Translations under genes and position numbers: made by a program | Notes under the pieces: model-generated | What the model was told of the DNA's origin: nothing | Databases searched by the model: none | Seen by the model: only the letters and a program-made list of their open reading frames with translations | NCBI GenBank assembly: GCA_036758725.1 | Contig: DAIOWB010000001.1 | Coordinates: 1-48,037 of the forward strand | Direction: 5' to 3' | Origin: Lacibacter sp. | GTDB lineage: Bacteria; Bacteroidota; Bacteroidia; Chitinophagales; Chitinophagaceae | DNA length: 48,037 nucleotides | In this document: one piece after another, positions 8,628 to 17,800 of the stretch | Numbering within the stretch: the first letter of the stretch is position 1 | Layout of the letters: each line of letters opens with the position of its first letter

Positions 8628-11393
8628 TTACTTTTTTAACTCTTTTCTTGGAAAATCTATTGCTGCATGAGCTGCTGCCAAACGGGCAATTGGTACACGG
8701 AAAGGTGAACAACTTACATAGTTCATTCCTATCCTGTGACAGAAAACCACACTTTCAGGATCACCACCATGTTCACCACAGATACCAATTTTCAAATTTG
8801 GTTTGGTAATACGACCTCTTTCCACACCAATCTTAATCAGCTCACCAACACCACTCTGGTCTATTGTCTGGAATGGATCAGATGGCAGCAATTTCAGATC
8901 AAGATATTTTGGAAGAAATCCACCAATATCATCACGGCTAAATCCAAAACTCATCTGTGTAAGATCGTTAGTGCCAAAGCTGAAGAAATCGGCTTCTTCT
9001 GCCATGCTGTTTGCTTTTAAGGCTGCACGTGGAATTTCAATCATTGTTCCATACAGGTAAGGAATTTTCTTAACGCCCATTTTTTCACAGGTTTCCTTAT
9101 ACACTGTATTAACAATTGCACGTTGATGGCTTAATTCATGTTTACCACAGGTAACAGGAATCATAATTTCAGGCATAGCTTTCTTACCTTTTTTAATCAA
9201 TTCAACGGTTGCTTCAAAAATGGCACGTATCTGCATTTCTGTAATCTCGGGATAACTCACACCCAAACGCACACCTCTGTGTCCAAGCATTGGATTGTTT
9301 TCATGCAAAGCAAGCACCCTTCTGTTCAATATACTCATGCTGATGCCTAATTCTTTACTTAGCTGTTTTAATTTTTCCTTGTCATGAGGAACAAATTCAT
9401 GCAATGGCGGATCGAGTAAACGGATGGTTACCGGATGTCCGTTCATCACTTCCAGTGTTTCTTTAATATCTTTTTTTACATATTTGAACAATCCGTTCAA
9501 AGCTTCACGTCTTTCTTTTTCTGTTTTACTTACAATCATTTTACGCAGCAGGAACAATGGCTCATCACTTCCTTCACCATAAAACATATGTTCTGTACGG
9601 AATAAGCCAATACCTTCTGCACCAAACTTGAAGCCTTGCATTGCATCACCGGGAGTTTCTGCATTGGTACGAACACCCATCACTTTCACCTTATCTACCA
9701 GCTTCATCAGATTTTTATACGCCAGATTTTTATCGAGGTCAATATCAACCAAAGCCATACTGCCTAAATAAACCAAGCCTTTTGTACCATCAAGGCTTAG
9801 CCAGTCACCTTCTTTAATATAAGTACCATCATTTGCTTTAAATGATTTCGTTTCGCTGTGTATTTCAATATCGGTACATCCAACAATACAGCATTTACCC
9901 CAGCCTCTTGCAACCAGTGCAGCATGTGATGTCATACCACCCTTTGTTGTGAGAATTGCTTGTGATTTATGCATACCATCAACATCCTCAGGTGAGGTTT
10001 CTTCTCTAACAAGAATCACTTTTTCTCCTCTGCTTGCCCACTCAACTGCATCATTCGATGAAAAGACAACACGGCCTTTTGCACCACCTGGTCCTGCTGG
10101 TAAGCCTTTAGCAATAGCCTTGGTTACTTTCTGCACTTCAGGATCGAGCATTGGAAGTAATAATTCAACCAGTTGATTTGGTGCAACTCGCTTTACTGCA
10201 GTTTTTGCATCTATCAGTTTTGAATTATACATATCACTGGCAATTCTTACTGCTGCCACACCATTTCGTTTACCAACACGGCACTGCAACATATACAGCG
10301 TACCTTTTTCAATGGTAAACTCAATATCCTGCATGTCTTTATAATGTACCTCCAGTCTTTTTTGAATATCAAACAATTCTTTATACACTTTAGGCATTAT
10401 TTCCTGCAGTGTAGGCAAATGTTTACTCTGATCATTTTTAGAATAATCATTAACAGGAGCCGGAGTTCTGATACCAGCAACCACATCTTCACCCTGTGCA
10501 TTTAATAAATATTCACCGTAGAATTTATTTTCACCATTGCCCGGGTTTCTAGTAAACGCAACACCCGTTGCACTTGTATCGCCCATATTGCCAAACACCA
10601 TTGCCTGTACATTTACAGCAGTTCCCCATTCATCTGGAATGTTTTCAATGCGGCGATATTCAATTGCCCTCTTGCCCATCCAGCTGCTAAACACAGCACC
10701 AATACTTCCCCATAATTGTTCCTGTGGATCTTCTGGGAAAGGTTTACCTAATACTTTAATGATGGTTGCTTTAAAATCTTTAACCAGCGCTTTTAATTCA
10801 TCAACTGTAATATCTGTATCAAACTGGTAACCTTTGGTATGTTTTACTTTTTCAAGTTTTTCATCTAATACTTTACGAATGCCTTTACCTCCCTTGGGTT
10901 CAATACCTCCGGCTTTTTCCATTACCACATCGGCATACATCATAATTAAACGGCGGTAAGCATCATAAGCAAAACGGGCATCGCCTGATTGTTGAATTAC
11001 ACCTTCAATGGTTTTTTCATTTAAACCAATATCAAGTACGGTTTCCATCATACCGGGCATTGATTTTCTTGCACCCGAACGCACAGAAACCAATAATGGA
11101 TTTATAGGATCACCAAATTTTTTACCCATTTCCTTTTCAACTGCGGCCAATGCTTTTTCTGCCTGTGCAGCTAATTGAGCAGGATATTTCTTTTTGTTCT
11201 GATAATAGTGAGTACATACTTCCGTTGTGAGTGTATAACCCGGAGGAACCGGTAAACGGAGTTTTGGATGACCTGCCATTTCTGCTAAGTTGGCGCCTTT
11301 ACCACCCAATAAGTTTTTCATAGATTCATTTCCATCGGCTTTTCCACCGCCAAAAGAATAAACATACTTTACTGTTTTTGTTTTTGTTGCCAT
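8628..11393 (-). CDS. ppdK: Pyruvate, phosphate dikinase
   Basis: LLGGKGANLAEM, LLVSVRSGA..SMPGMM, GGMTSHAALVARGWG (phospho-His), GIGLFRTEHMF, SFGTNDLTQ, GICGEHGG. Confidence 0.97.
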   Translation of the reverse strand: MATKTKTVKYVYSFGGGKADGNESMKNLLGGKGANLAEMAGHPKLRLPVPPGYTLTTEVCTHYYQNKKKYPAQLAAQAEKALAAVEKEMGKKFGDPINPLLVSVRSGARKSMPGMMETVLDIGLNEKTIEGVIQQSGDARFAYDAYRRLIMMYADVVMEKAGGIEPKGGKGIRKVLDEKLEKVKHTKGYQFDTDITVDELKALVKDFKATIIKVLGKPFPEDPQEQLWGSIGAVFSSWMGKRAIEYRRIENIPDEWGTAVNVQAMVFGNMGDTSATGVAFTRNPGNGENKFYGEYLLNAQGEDVVAGIRTPAPVNDYSKNDQSKHLPTLQEIMPKVYKELFDIQKRLEVHYKDMQDIEFTIEKGTLYMLQCRVGKRNGVAAVRIASDMYNSKLIDAKTAVKRVAPNQLVELLLPMLDPEVQKVTKAIAKGLPAGPGGAKGRVVFSSNDAVEWASRGEKVILVREETSPEDVDGMHKSQAILTTKGGMTSHAALVARGWGKCCIVGCTDIEIHSETKSFKANDGTYIKEGDWLSLDGTKGLVYLGSMALVDIDLDKNLAYKNLMKLVDKVKVMGVRTNAETPGDAMQGFKFGAEGIGLFRTEHMFYGEGSDEPLFLLRKMIVSKTEKERREALNGLFKYVKKDIKETLEVMNGHPVTIRLLDPPLHEFVPHDKEKLKQLSKELGISMSILNRRVLALHENNPMLGHRGVRLGVSYPEITEMQIRAIFEATVELIKKGKKAMPEIMIPVTCGKHELSHQRAIVNTVYKETCEKMGVKKIPYLYGTMIEIPRAALKANSMAEEADFFSFGTNDLTQMSFGFSRDDIGGFLPKYLDLKLLPSDPFQTIDQSGVGELIKIGVERGRITKPNLKIGICGEHGGDPESVVFCHRIGMNYVSCSPFRVPIARLAAAHAAIDFPRKELKK

Positions 11394-11469
11394 AATTAAG
11401 AGCTTGTTTTATGAATGCAGAGTTAGAAATTAAGCAAATGAATTAAAGCAACGATGGTCAGATCATAGG

Positions 11470-11483
11470 TTGATTTAAATCAT
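11470..11483. promoter_or_regulatory. Candidate CRP/FNR-type operator upstream of ppdK
   Basis: TTGAT-TTAA-ATCAT, 9/10 match to FNR consensus TTGAT-N4-ATCAA, with perfect 12-bp core palindrome. Confidence 0.45.
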
Positions 11484-11512
11484 ACTCAATAAGAAGATTA
11501 ATCAGGATACAG

Positions 11513-11542
11513 AAAAAAAGCGATCGTTACGGATCGCTTTTT
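11513..11542 (-). terminator. Intrinsic terminator after the S9 peptidase gene
   Basis: AAAAAAAGCGATC-gttacg-GATCGCTTTTT hairpin 7 bp past the stop codon. Confidence 0.8.
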
Positions 11543-11549
11543 ATAATTT

Positions 11550-13952
11550 TTATTTTACCCCTTTCACATACTTTTCTAACCAGGTATGTTCTTCCCAAAG
11601 CAGGTGCAGAATATTTTCTCTGCCTCTGTAACCATGCGCTTCATAAGGTAAACTTACATACCGAACATTTCCACCATTGCCTTTTAATGCTGCAAACATC
11701 CGCTCACTTTGAATGGGATAAGTTCCTGTGTTATCATCTGTGTCGCCATGTACTAATAATATTGGTGTTTTAATTTTATGTGCATAGCTGAAGGGACTCA
11801 AATCAAAATACAATTGCGGTGCCTGCCAGTAAGTTCTGTCTTCGTTCTGGAAACTGAATGGAGTGAGCGTACGGTTATATGCACCACTTCGTGCAATACC
11901 TGCTTTAAACCAATTGGTATGCGATAAAAGATGCGCTGTCATAAATGCACCATAACTATGACCTCCAACTCCTACTCTTGTGCTATCTCCCACACCCATC
12001 TCAGCTAATTTATCAATAGCGGCTCTTGCATTAAGTTTTAATTGATCAATAAAATCATCATTGGGCTTTTTATCAGGTGAGGTGCTTACTATGGGCATTT
12101 CTGCATTATCAAGAACTGCATAACCCTGTGTTACCCAAAATATAGGTGAACCCCAGTTAATACGTGTGAACATGTTTTTTGAACCTCTTACCTGTGCTGC
12201 ATCACGGGCATTTGTAAACTCACGGGGGTATGCCCACATAATTACAGGAAGTGGTCCGTCTTTTTTCACATCATAACCTTTAGGTAAATACAAATCGCCG
12301 GTTAAATCAACTCCATCGGTTCGTTTAAAAGAAATTTTTTGCTTACTGATTCCTTCTAACTGTGGGTATGGATTTTTAAAATCAGTTACTTGATTATCTG
12401 CAACTTTTCCATTTAACGATTTTATCCAGTAGTTAGGAACCTGTGTTTGTGTTTCTTTTCTGGTTAATATAATCATATTCTCTTTATCAAGAACTTCCAC
12501 TACCACTTCATAACTTTCTTCATTGCATCGCCATATGATTTCATTCTTTTTGGTAGCAAGATCAAAATAAGAAAGGAATGGCATATCTCCTTTTGCTGAA
12601 GCCCCGGTTGTATTATTCATAAGCAGTTTACCATTATGAGGTATTACCACATCTATACCATAACTGTTTTTTTCAGTAACTGCCACTCCCGGATTACTGT
12701 ATGCATCATTTAAACTGCGTTCAAATAAAATTTCTGTTTCGCCTGTTGATGGATTTAGTTTACTTGTTTTAGTGATGGCTTTGCCACGCAAAACTTCCAT
12801 AACCAGAGCAAAGTTGCTGTTACCCCAGCTTGTTCCGGCATAACGCATCTTTGTTTTAAACAGTTCTTTTGGCTGAGTGTTAAACGGAGCACTCAATGCA
12901 TATATAGCATCATGAAATTCAACATTATTTTTTATTAATCCTCCATCTAAAGGTTTACACCAAACTATTGTTGCAGTTTCATCATCACGCCATTCAATAT
13001 TTCTTGGAGCATCCTGTACATTATCATTTCCTGCCGGTGCTGTTTCTGTTGAAGGTAATTTTACAAGTTCCTTAATTAGTTTACCATTTGCATCATGAAT
13101 TGTTACAGCGGAATTAAAGCCCATCGCCGGAACCGTATATGAAAATGGTTTATTAATTGTACGAACCATTAAATATTTTTTATCGGGTGATGCTGTTACA
13201 GAAACATAAATAGCAGGTTGATTTATTTTTGTTTCAATTCCATTCGTATTTTTTACCAGTTGTGAAGTTGTAAAAAAATCAAACAACTGCTCATCATAAG
13301 GAGATTTAATTAAATCCTGAAAGGTGGGCCTGGGCGATGCACTTCCAAAACTTTCCTGTACGGTTGGCCCTTTTGGAGTAATGGGCCGTTTTGGCATTGC
13401 AGCCGCAGTTTTAATAATTGTTTTATATAATAATGTATTATCATCTAACCAACTGAAGGCGCCGCCAAGGATTACATTTAATGGCGACTTATTAATTTTT
13501 GTTGCTTTTTGTGTTGCTACTTCTATCACATATAAATCAACTTGTGCACCATTCGTATTAGTAAAAGCAATTTTCTTTTCATTAAAGCTCCATGCAACAG
13601 CATTAGCTAATAGATTTGAAGGCAAGCCGTTTATTTTATATTCTTTACCAGTTTTGATATTCTTTAATAAAAAGTTGTTGATATAATTCTGGCGGCTCAA
13701 AGAAAAATTGAGGGGGTTTATCCGTAGTCCGGCAACTCTAACTTCCGGCTGTCCTAATTCTTCTACTGTGGGATATGTATTACGTTCAATCAATAACATC
13801 CACTCACCCTTACTATCTATACTAACAGATGGTGTAGGTTTTGCTAAAGCAAGATCCATTATAACCTTTGGCGGCAGTTGATACTTTACAGATTCCTGGG
13901 CAAATGCACTTAAGCTGAATATGAAAGCGAGTACAACAAAAATCTTTTTCAT
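11550..13952 (-). CDS. S9 family peptidase (glutamyl endopeptidase-like), secreted
   Basis: GGHSYGAFM, GIARSGAYNRTLTPF, LLVHGDTDDN, EAHGY. Start moved from 14000 to ATG 13952 (MKKIFVVLAF signal peptide). Confidence 0.92.
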   Translation of the reverse strand: MKKIFVVLAFIFSLSAFAQESVKYQLPPKVIMDLALAKPTPSVSIDSKGEWMLLIERNTYPTVEELGQPEVRVAGLRINPLNFSLSRQNYINNFLLKNIKTGKEYKINGLPSNLLANAVAWSFNEKKIAFTNTNGAQVDLYVIEVATQKATKINKSPLNVILGGAFSWLDDNTLLYKTIIKTAAAMPKRPITPKGPTVQESFGSASPRPTFQDLIKSPYDEQLFDFFTTSQLVKNTNGIETKINQPAIYVSVTASPDKKYLMVRTINKPFSYTVPAMGFNSAVTIHDANGKLIKELVKLPSTETAPAGNDNVQDAPRNIEWRDDETATIVWCKPLDGGLIKNNVEFHDAIYALSAPFNTQPKELFKTKMRYAGTSWGNSNFALVMEVLRGKAITKTSKLNPSTGETEILFERSLNDAYSNPGVAVTEKNSYGIDVVIPHNGKLLMNNTTGASAKGDMPFLSYFDLATKKNEIIWRCNEESYEVVVEVLDKENMIILTRKETQTQVPNYWIKSLNGKVADNQVTDFKNPYPQLEGISKQKISFKRTDGVDLTGDLYLPKGYDVKKDGPLPVIMWAYPREFTNARDAAQVRGSKNMFTRINWGSPIFWVTQGYAVLDNAEMPIVSTSPDKKPNDDFIDQLKLNARAAIDKLAEMGVGDSTRVGVGGHSYGAFMTAHLLSHTNWFKAGIARSGAYNRTLTPFSFQNEDRTYWQAPQLYFDLSPFSYAHKIKTPILLVHGDTDDNTGTYPIQSERMFAALKGNGGNVRYVSLPYEAHGYRGRENILHLLWEEHTWLEKYVKGVK

Positions 13953-14024
13953 GCTAATAGTTGTTTGTTTTGGAGATCGAATGTACTGATATGACAGCAA
14001 CTACATCAACCGTTCAACAAATTA

Positions 14025-14055
14025 TTTGCCGTTTAATGATCTGCCCTTATTTTTG
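14025..14055 (+). promoter_or_regulatory. Bacteroidota primary-sigma promoter of the his operon
   Basis: TTTG (14025-14028), 19-bp spacer, TATTTTTG (14048-14055): matches TTTG-N19-21-TAnnTTTG. Confidence 0.75.
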
Positions 14056-14059
14056 CATC

Positions 14060-14110
14060 ATGATTCAAAGCACACATATCCATCATCACCACACTTGCCT
14101 TGCCGGGTAA
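14060..14110 (+). CDS. hisL: his operon leader peptide MIQSTHIHHHHTCLAG
   Basis: 16 codons with 5 His (4 consecutive) directly upstream of an attenuator and hisG. Confidence 0.88.
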   Translation: MIQSTHIHHHHTCLAG

Positions 14111-14169
14111 GCCAGATGTTGTATTGTGTTTAACAATAATTCAAGGGCTTACAATAGTGAGCCCTTTTT
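14107..14169 (+). terminator. his attenuator (terminator/antiterminator)
   Basis: Terminator AAGGGCTTAC-aata-GTGAGCCCTTTTT (14143-14169). Alternative pairing GTAAGCC (14107-14113, overlapping leader stop) with GGCTTAC (14146-14152). Confidence 0.85.
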
Positions 14170-14196
14170 ATTTATACTAATTAAACCAATGATCAG

Positions 14197-15111
14197 ATGC
14201 AGGATAAAAAATATACACCTTTAAGTGAACTGAGCGGTGGAAACAGCAGCACACAAACCAAACTTCGTATTGCGATTCAAAAAAGCGGAAGATTATATGA
14301 TGAATCTGTTAAACTGCTGAATGAATGTGGCATTGAGTTACGCAATGTGAAAGACAGATTGAAAACGGAATCGGACACATTTCCCATGGAAATATTTTTC
14401 TTAAGGGATGATGATATACCGCAATATGTAGAAGATGGTGTAGCAGATATTGGCATTGTTGGGGAAAATGTTTTGTTTGAAAAAAACAAACAAGCTGAAA
14501 TTGTTGAAAAATTAAGCTTTGGCAAATGCCGTTTAAGCATTGCCATTCCAAAATCACAAACATATGATGGTGTAAAAAGCCTGGATGGCAAACGCATTGC
14601 TACCAGTTATCCTTTTCTGGTTAAAGAATTTTTAAAGAAAAATAATATCAGTGCAGATATTCATGAAATAAGCGGCAGTGTGGAAATTGCTCCGGGCATA
14701 GGATTGGCAGATGTTGTTGTTGATTTGGTAAGCAGCGGGTCTACTCTTTTTATGAATGGCTTAAAAGAAGTAGAAACTATTCTTCAATCACAATCAGTTT
14801 TAATTAAAAATAACAAACTGAGTAAAGACCAGGAATTGCTTTTAAATAAACTTGTTTTTCGTATAAAGGCAGTTAAAAAAGCAAAACGTAATAAATATGT
14901 ATTAATGAATGCACCCAATGAAAAGCTGCAGGAAATTATTGCCTTGTTACCCGGTATGAAAAGCCCCACTGTTTTACCATTGGCAGAAAGTGGCTGGAGC
15001 AGTGTACATAGTGTTTTAAGTGAAGATGAATTTTGGGAAAAAATTGAACAATTAAAAGCTGCTGGTGCACAAGGTATACTGGTAGTTCCTATTGAGAAGA
15101 TGGTGATGTGA
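14197..15111 (+). CDS. hisG: ATP phosphoribosyltransferase (long form)
   Basis: LRIAIQKSGRL, RDDDIP, RIATSYP, GSVEIAP, DLVSSGSTL, C-terminal regulatory domain. Confidence 0.97.
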   Translation: MQDKKYTPLSELSGGNSSTQTKLRIAIQKSGRLYDESVKLLNECGIELRNVKDRLKTESDTFPMEIFFLRDDDIPQYVEDGVADIGIVGENVLFEKNKQAEIVEKLSFGKCRLSIAIPKSQTYDGVKSLDGKRIATSYPFLVKEFLKKNNISADIHEISGSVEIAPGIGLADVVVDLVSSGSTLFMNGLKEVETILQSQSVLIKNNKLSKDQELLLNKLVFRIKAVKKAKRNKYVLMNAPNEKLQEIIALLPGMKSPTVLPLAESGWSSVHSVLSEDEFWEKIEQLKAAGAQGILVVPIEKMVM

Positions 15112-15116
15112 GGCGG

Positions 15117-15143
15117 CCCCCTAAATCCCCCAAAAGAGGACTT
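15117..15143. repeat. Degenerate C-rich REP-like element (CCCCCTAAATCCCCCAAAAGAGGACTT)
   Basis: C-rich imperfect hairpin right after hisG stop. It resembles a CCCCTAAATCCCC..GGGGACTT repeat I recall from Bacteroidota intergenic regions. Single copy here, so not verified. Confidence 0.45.
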
Positions 15144-15306
15144 TCCAAGTCACCATGCCAGCATATTTAAAAAACTTGACAGGTATTATAGACAACGATT
15201 ATTTTGAACTGATCAAACTTTAATATTCGTAAGATGTTATGTAAGAAAAATTGATTGAAATAATTATAAATAAAAACTTTCCGTCCTGTAGGGGCGATTG
15301 ACACAT

Positions 15307-16587
15307 ATGCAGATTATTAAACATCCGAAAAGAGCAGATTGGGACAGATTATTAAAACGGCCGGCACTTGAAACTCTATCATTAGAAGCTAGTGTAACAA
15401 ACATTTTGCAGCAGGTGAAAGCAAGTGGTGATGAAGCGCTGATTCGTTTCTCTACCATTTTTGATAAAGTTTCCGTAGATGAATTATTGGTTTCAAAAAA
15501 TGAAATAAAGGAAGCTGCTGCATTAATAAGTAAAGAACTGAAAGATGCTATTGCACTTGCAATGAAAAACATTGAATTGTTTCATCAACAACAAATACAT
15601 AAAGATGAAAGCATTGAAACAATGCCCGGCGTTTTATGCTGGCGCAAAACAGTAGCAATTGAAAAAGTAGGATTATATATTCCGGGAGGAACAGCCCCTT
15701 TATTTTCAACCTTATTAATGTTGGCTACTCCAGCAAAGATTGCAGGATGTAAAGAAATTATTATTTGTACACCACCAGGAAAAGACGGGAAAATTAATGC
15801 AGCAATATTATACACTGCACAACTTGTTGGTATTACAAAAATATTTAAAACTGGTGGTGCACAGGCAATAGCTGCTATGGCGTATGGTACTGAAACAATT
15901 CCGAAAGTTTATAAAATATTTGGCCCCGGAAACCAATATGTTACCTGTGCAAAACAATTAGTACAAAAAGATGCCGTTGCCATTGATATGCCAGCAGGCC
16001 CCAGTGAAGTTTGTATAATGGCTGATGATACAGCTAATCCTGTTTTTGTTGCAGCCGATTTGTTATCACAGGCAGAACACGGAGTTGATTCACAGGTTTT
16101 ACTTGTTAGCAATTCAGAAAAAATTATAAATGAAGTGTTGATTGAGTTGGATCATCAATTACAACAACTGCCAAGAAAAGAATTTGCTGAAAAAGCATTG
16201 GAGAACAGCAAAGCCATTTTACTGACTACTGTTGATGAGATGATTGATATTGTTAATGAATATGCTGCAGAACATTTAATCATTAGTTGTAAAAATGATG
16301 AACAAATTGCAGAAAAGATCCAAAATGCCGGCTCTGTATTTCTTGGCAATTTTTCACCCGAAAGTGTGGGCGATTATGCAAGCGGCACCAATCATACCTT
16401 ACCTACAAACGGCTATGCAAGAGCTTACAGTGGTGTAAGTGTTGATAGTTTTGTAAAAAAGATTACCTATCAGAAATTAACAGAAGAAGGATTAACGAAT
16501 ATTGGCAAAGCAGTTGAGGTAATGGCAGCAGCAGAAGGATTAGAGGCGCATAAGAATGCAGTTACATTAAGAATACAGAATTTATAG
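15307..16587 (+). CDS. hisD: Histidinol dehydrogenase
   Basis: VGLYIPGGTAPLFST, GGAQAIAA, IFGPGNQYV, DMPAGPSE, DLLSQAEH, GDYASGTNHTLPT. Start placed at ATG 15307. Confidence 0.97.
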   Translation: MQIIKHPKRADWDRLLKRPALETLSLEASVTNILQQVKASGDEALIRFSTIFDKVSVDELLVSKNEIKEAAALISKELKDAIALAMKNIELFHQQQIHKDESIETMPGVLCWRKTVAIEKVGLYIPGGTAPLFSTLLMLATPAKIAGCKEIIICTPPGKDGKINAAILYTAQLVGITKIFKTGGAQAIAAMAYGTETIPKVYKIFGPGNQYVTCAKQLVQKDAVAIDMPAGPSEVCIMADDTANPVFVAADLLSQAEHGVDSQVLLVSNSEKIINEVLIELDHQLQQLPRKEFAEKALENSKAILLTTVDEMIDIVNEYAAEHLIISCKNDEQIAEKIQNAGSVFLGNFSPESVGDYASGTNHTLPTNGYARAYSGVSVDSFVKKITYQKLTEEGLTNIGKAVEVMAAAEGLEAHKNAVTLRIQNL

Positions 16588-16617
16588 TTTATAGTTTGTA
16601 GTTATGCACTATTCAAC

Positions 16618-16711
16618 AGAATTACTAAAGATGAAATGCTTAATTACTATTGTTCAATAATAAAACAAATGCCCGGCCTCCCTCTCTACCGGAGAGGGAA
16701 CGAGGGTGAGG
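16618..16711 (+). pseudogene. Possible decayed 3' remnant of a DUF559/Vsr-like endonuclease gene with GC-rich hairpin repeat
   Basis: 16618-16644 reads RITKDEMLN, three single-base changes from RFTNDEVLN. Followed by hairpin CCCTCTCT-acc-GGAGAGGG and GAGGGTGAGG. Confidence 0.4.
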
Positions 16712-16718
16712 CTTCTTT

Positions 16719-17771
16719 ATGAGTTTCGATTTAAACAAATTACTACGACCAAACATCCAATCCCTAACCCCCTACTCTTCTGCCCGGGATGAGTTTCATG
16801 GTGAAGCAAAAATATTTCTTGATGCCAATGAAAATAGTATTGGATCGCCATTACTAAAATGGTACAACCGTTATCCTGATCCGCATCAACAAAAAATAAA
16901 AGAAAAATTATCAAAAATAAAAGCGGTTCCGCCCAATCAGATATTTATTGGTAATGGCAGTGATGAATGTATTGATATCCTTTACCGTGCATTCTGTATT
17001 CCGGGTAAAGACAATGTAATTATTTGTCCGCCTACGTATGGCATGTACGAAGTAAGTGCTAACATCAATGATGTTGAAATCCGTAAAGCACCTTTGCTTT
17101 CAGATTTTCAGTTAGACCTTGTACATATGGAAACCTTGGTTGATGAAAACACAAAGCTGATATGGATTTGTTCACCCAACAATCCTACAGGCAACAGTAT
17201 GAATCATGAAGACATAGAAGCCATCCTCAATAATTTTGAAGGTATTGTAGTGGTAGATGAAGCTTATATCAATTTTGCACGACAAAAATCTTTTATTTCA
17301 AGACTTAAAGAATATCCAAACCTTGTAATATTACAAACACTCAGCAAAGCATGGGGCTTGGCAGGTTTGCGTTTGGGAATGGCTTTTGCAAGTGAAGAAA
17401 TTATTTCAATCTATAATAAAATAAAACCGCCTTATAACATCAGCGAAGCTGTTCAGGAATTAGTTTTAAATGCATTGGATTATACAGATGATGTAAATGC
17501 AATGATCCGTGAACTGGTGAGTGAACGTAAACGGATGGAAGAGGAATTACCTCAATTAAAAGTTGTTGAGAATTTATACCCTTCTGATGCAAATTTTTTA
17601 CTTGTAAAAGTGATTGATGCAAAAGCTATTTACGAATACCTCTTGGCTAAACAAATTGTTGTAAGAGACCGTAGTAAAGTATTATTATGCAAAGGTTGTC
17701 TGCGAATTACTGTAGGAACGGCAAAAGAGAATGATGAATTACTGAACGCCTTGCAGAATTTTGTTGTTTAG
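16719..17771 (+). CDS. hisC: Histidinol-phosphate aminotransferase
   Basis: PYSSARDE, LDANEN, NRYPDP, GNGSDE, CSPNNPTG, VVDEAY, TLSKAWGLAGLRLG (PLP Lys). Confidence 0.97.
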   Translation: MSFDLNKLLRPNIQSLTPYSSARDEFHGEAKIFLDANENSIGSPLLKWYNRYPDPHQQKIKEKLSKIKAVPPNQIFIGNGSDECIDILYRAFCIPGKDNVIICPPTYGMYEVSANINDVEIRKAPLLSDFQLDLVHMETLVDENTKLIWICSPNNPTGNSMNHEDIEAILNNFEGIVVVDEAYINFARQKSFISRLKEYPNLVILQTLSKAWGLAGLRLGMAFASEEIISIYNKIKPPYNISEAVQELVLNALDYTDDVNAMIRELVSERKRMEEELPQLKVVENLYPSDANFLLVKVIDAKAIYEYLLAKQIVVRDRSKVLLCKGCLRITVGTAKENDELLNALQNFVV

Positions 17772-17800
17772 TTTTATCTTTAAAAACGAAAATTTATCAA

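Noticed and set aside
8736..10830. Multiple plus-strand ORFs inside ppdK (likewise inside his genes, TBDRs and purC)
   Set aside because: Antisense or off-frame shadows of strongly conserved genes, with no motifs of their own.
13953..14000. N-terminal extensions in the ORF track (also 15298, 22809, 43241, 43270)
   Set aside because: Downstream ATGs give proper signal peptides or family-typical N-termini and fit promoter positions better.
16680..16698. GC-rich hairpin before hisC as an intrinsic terminator
   Set aside because: No adjacent U-tract on either strand and it lies mid-operon, so it is treated as a repeat scar.
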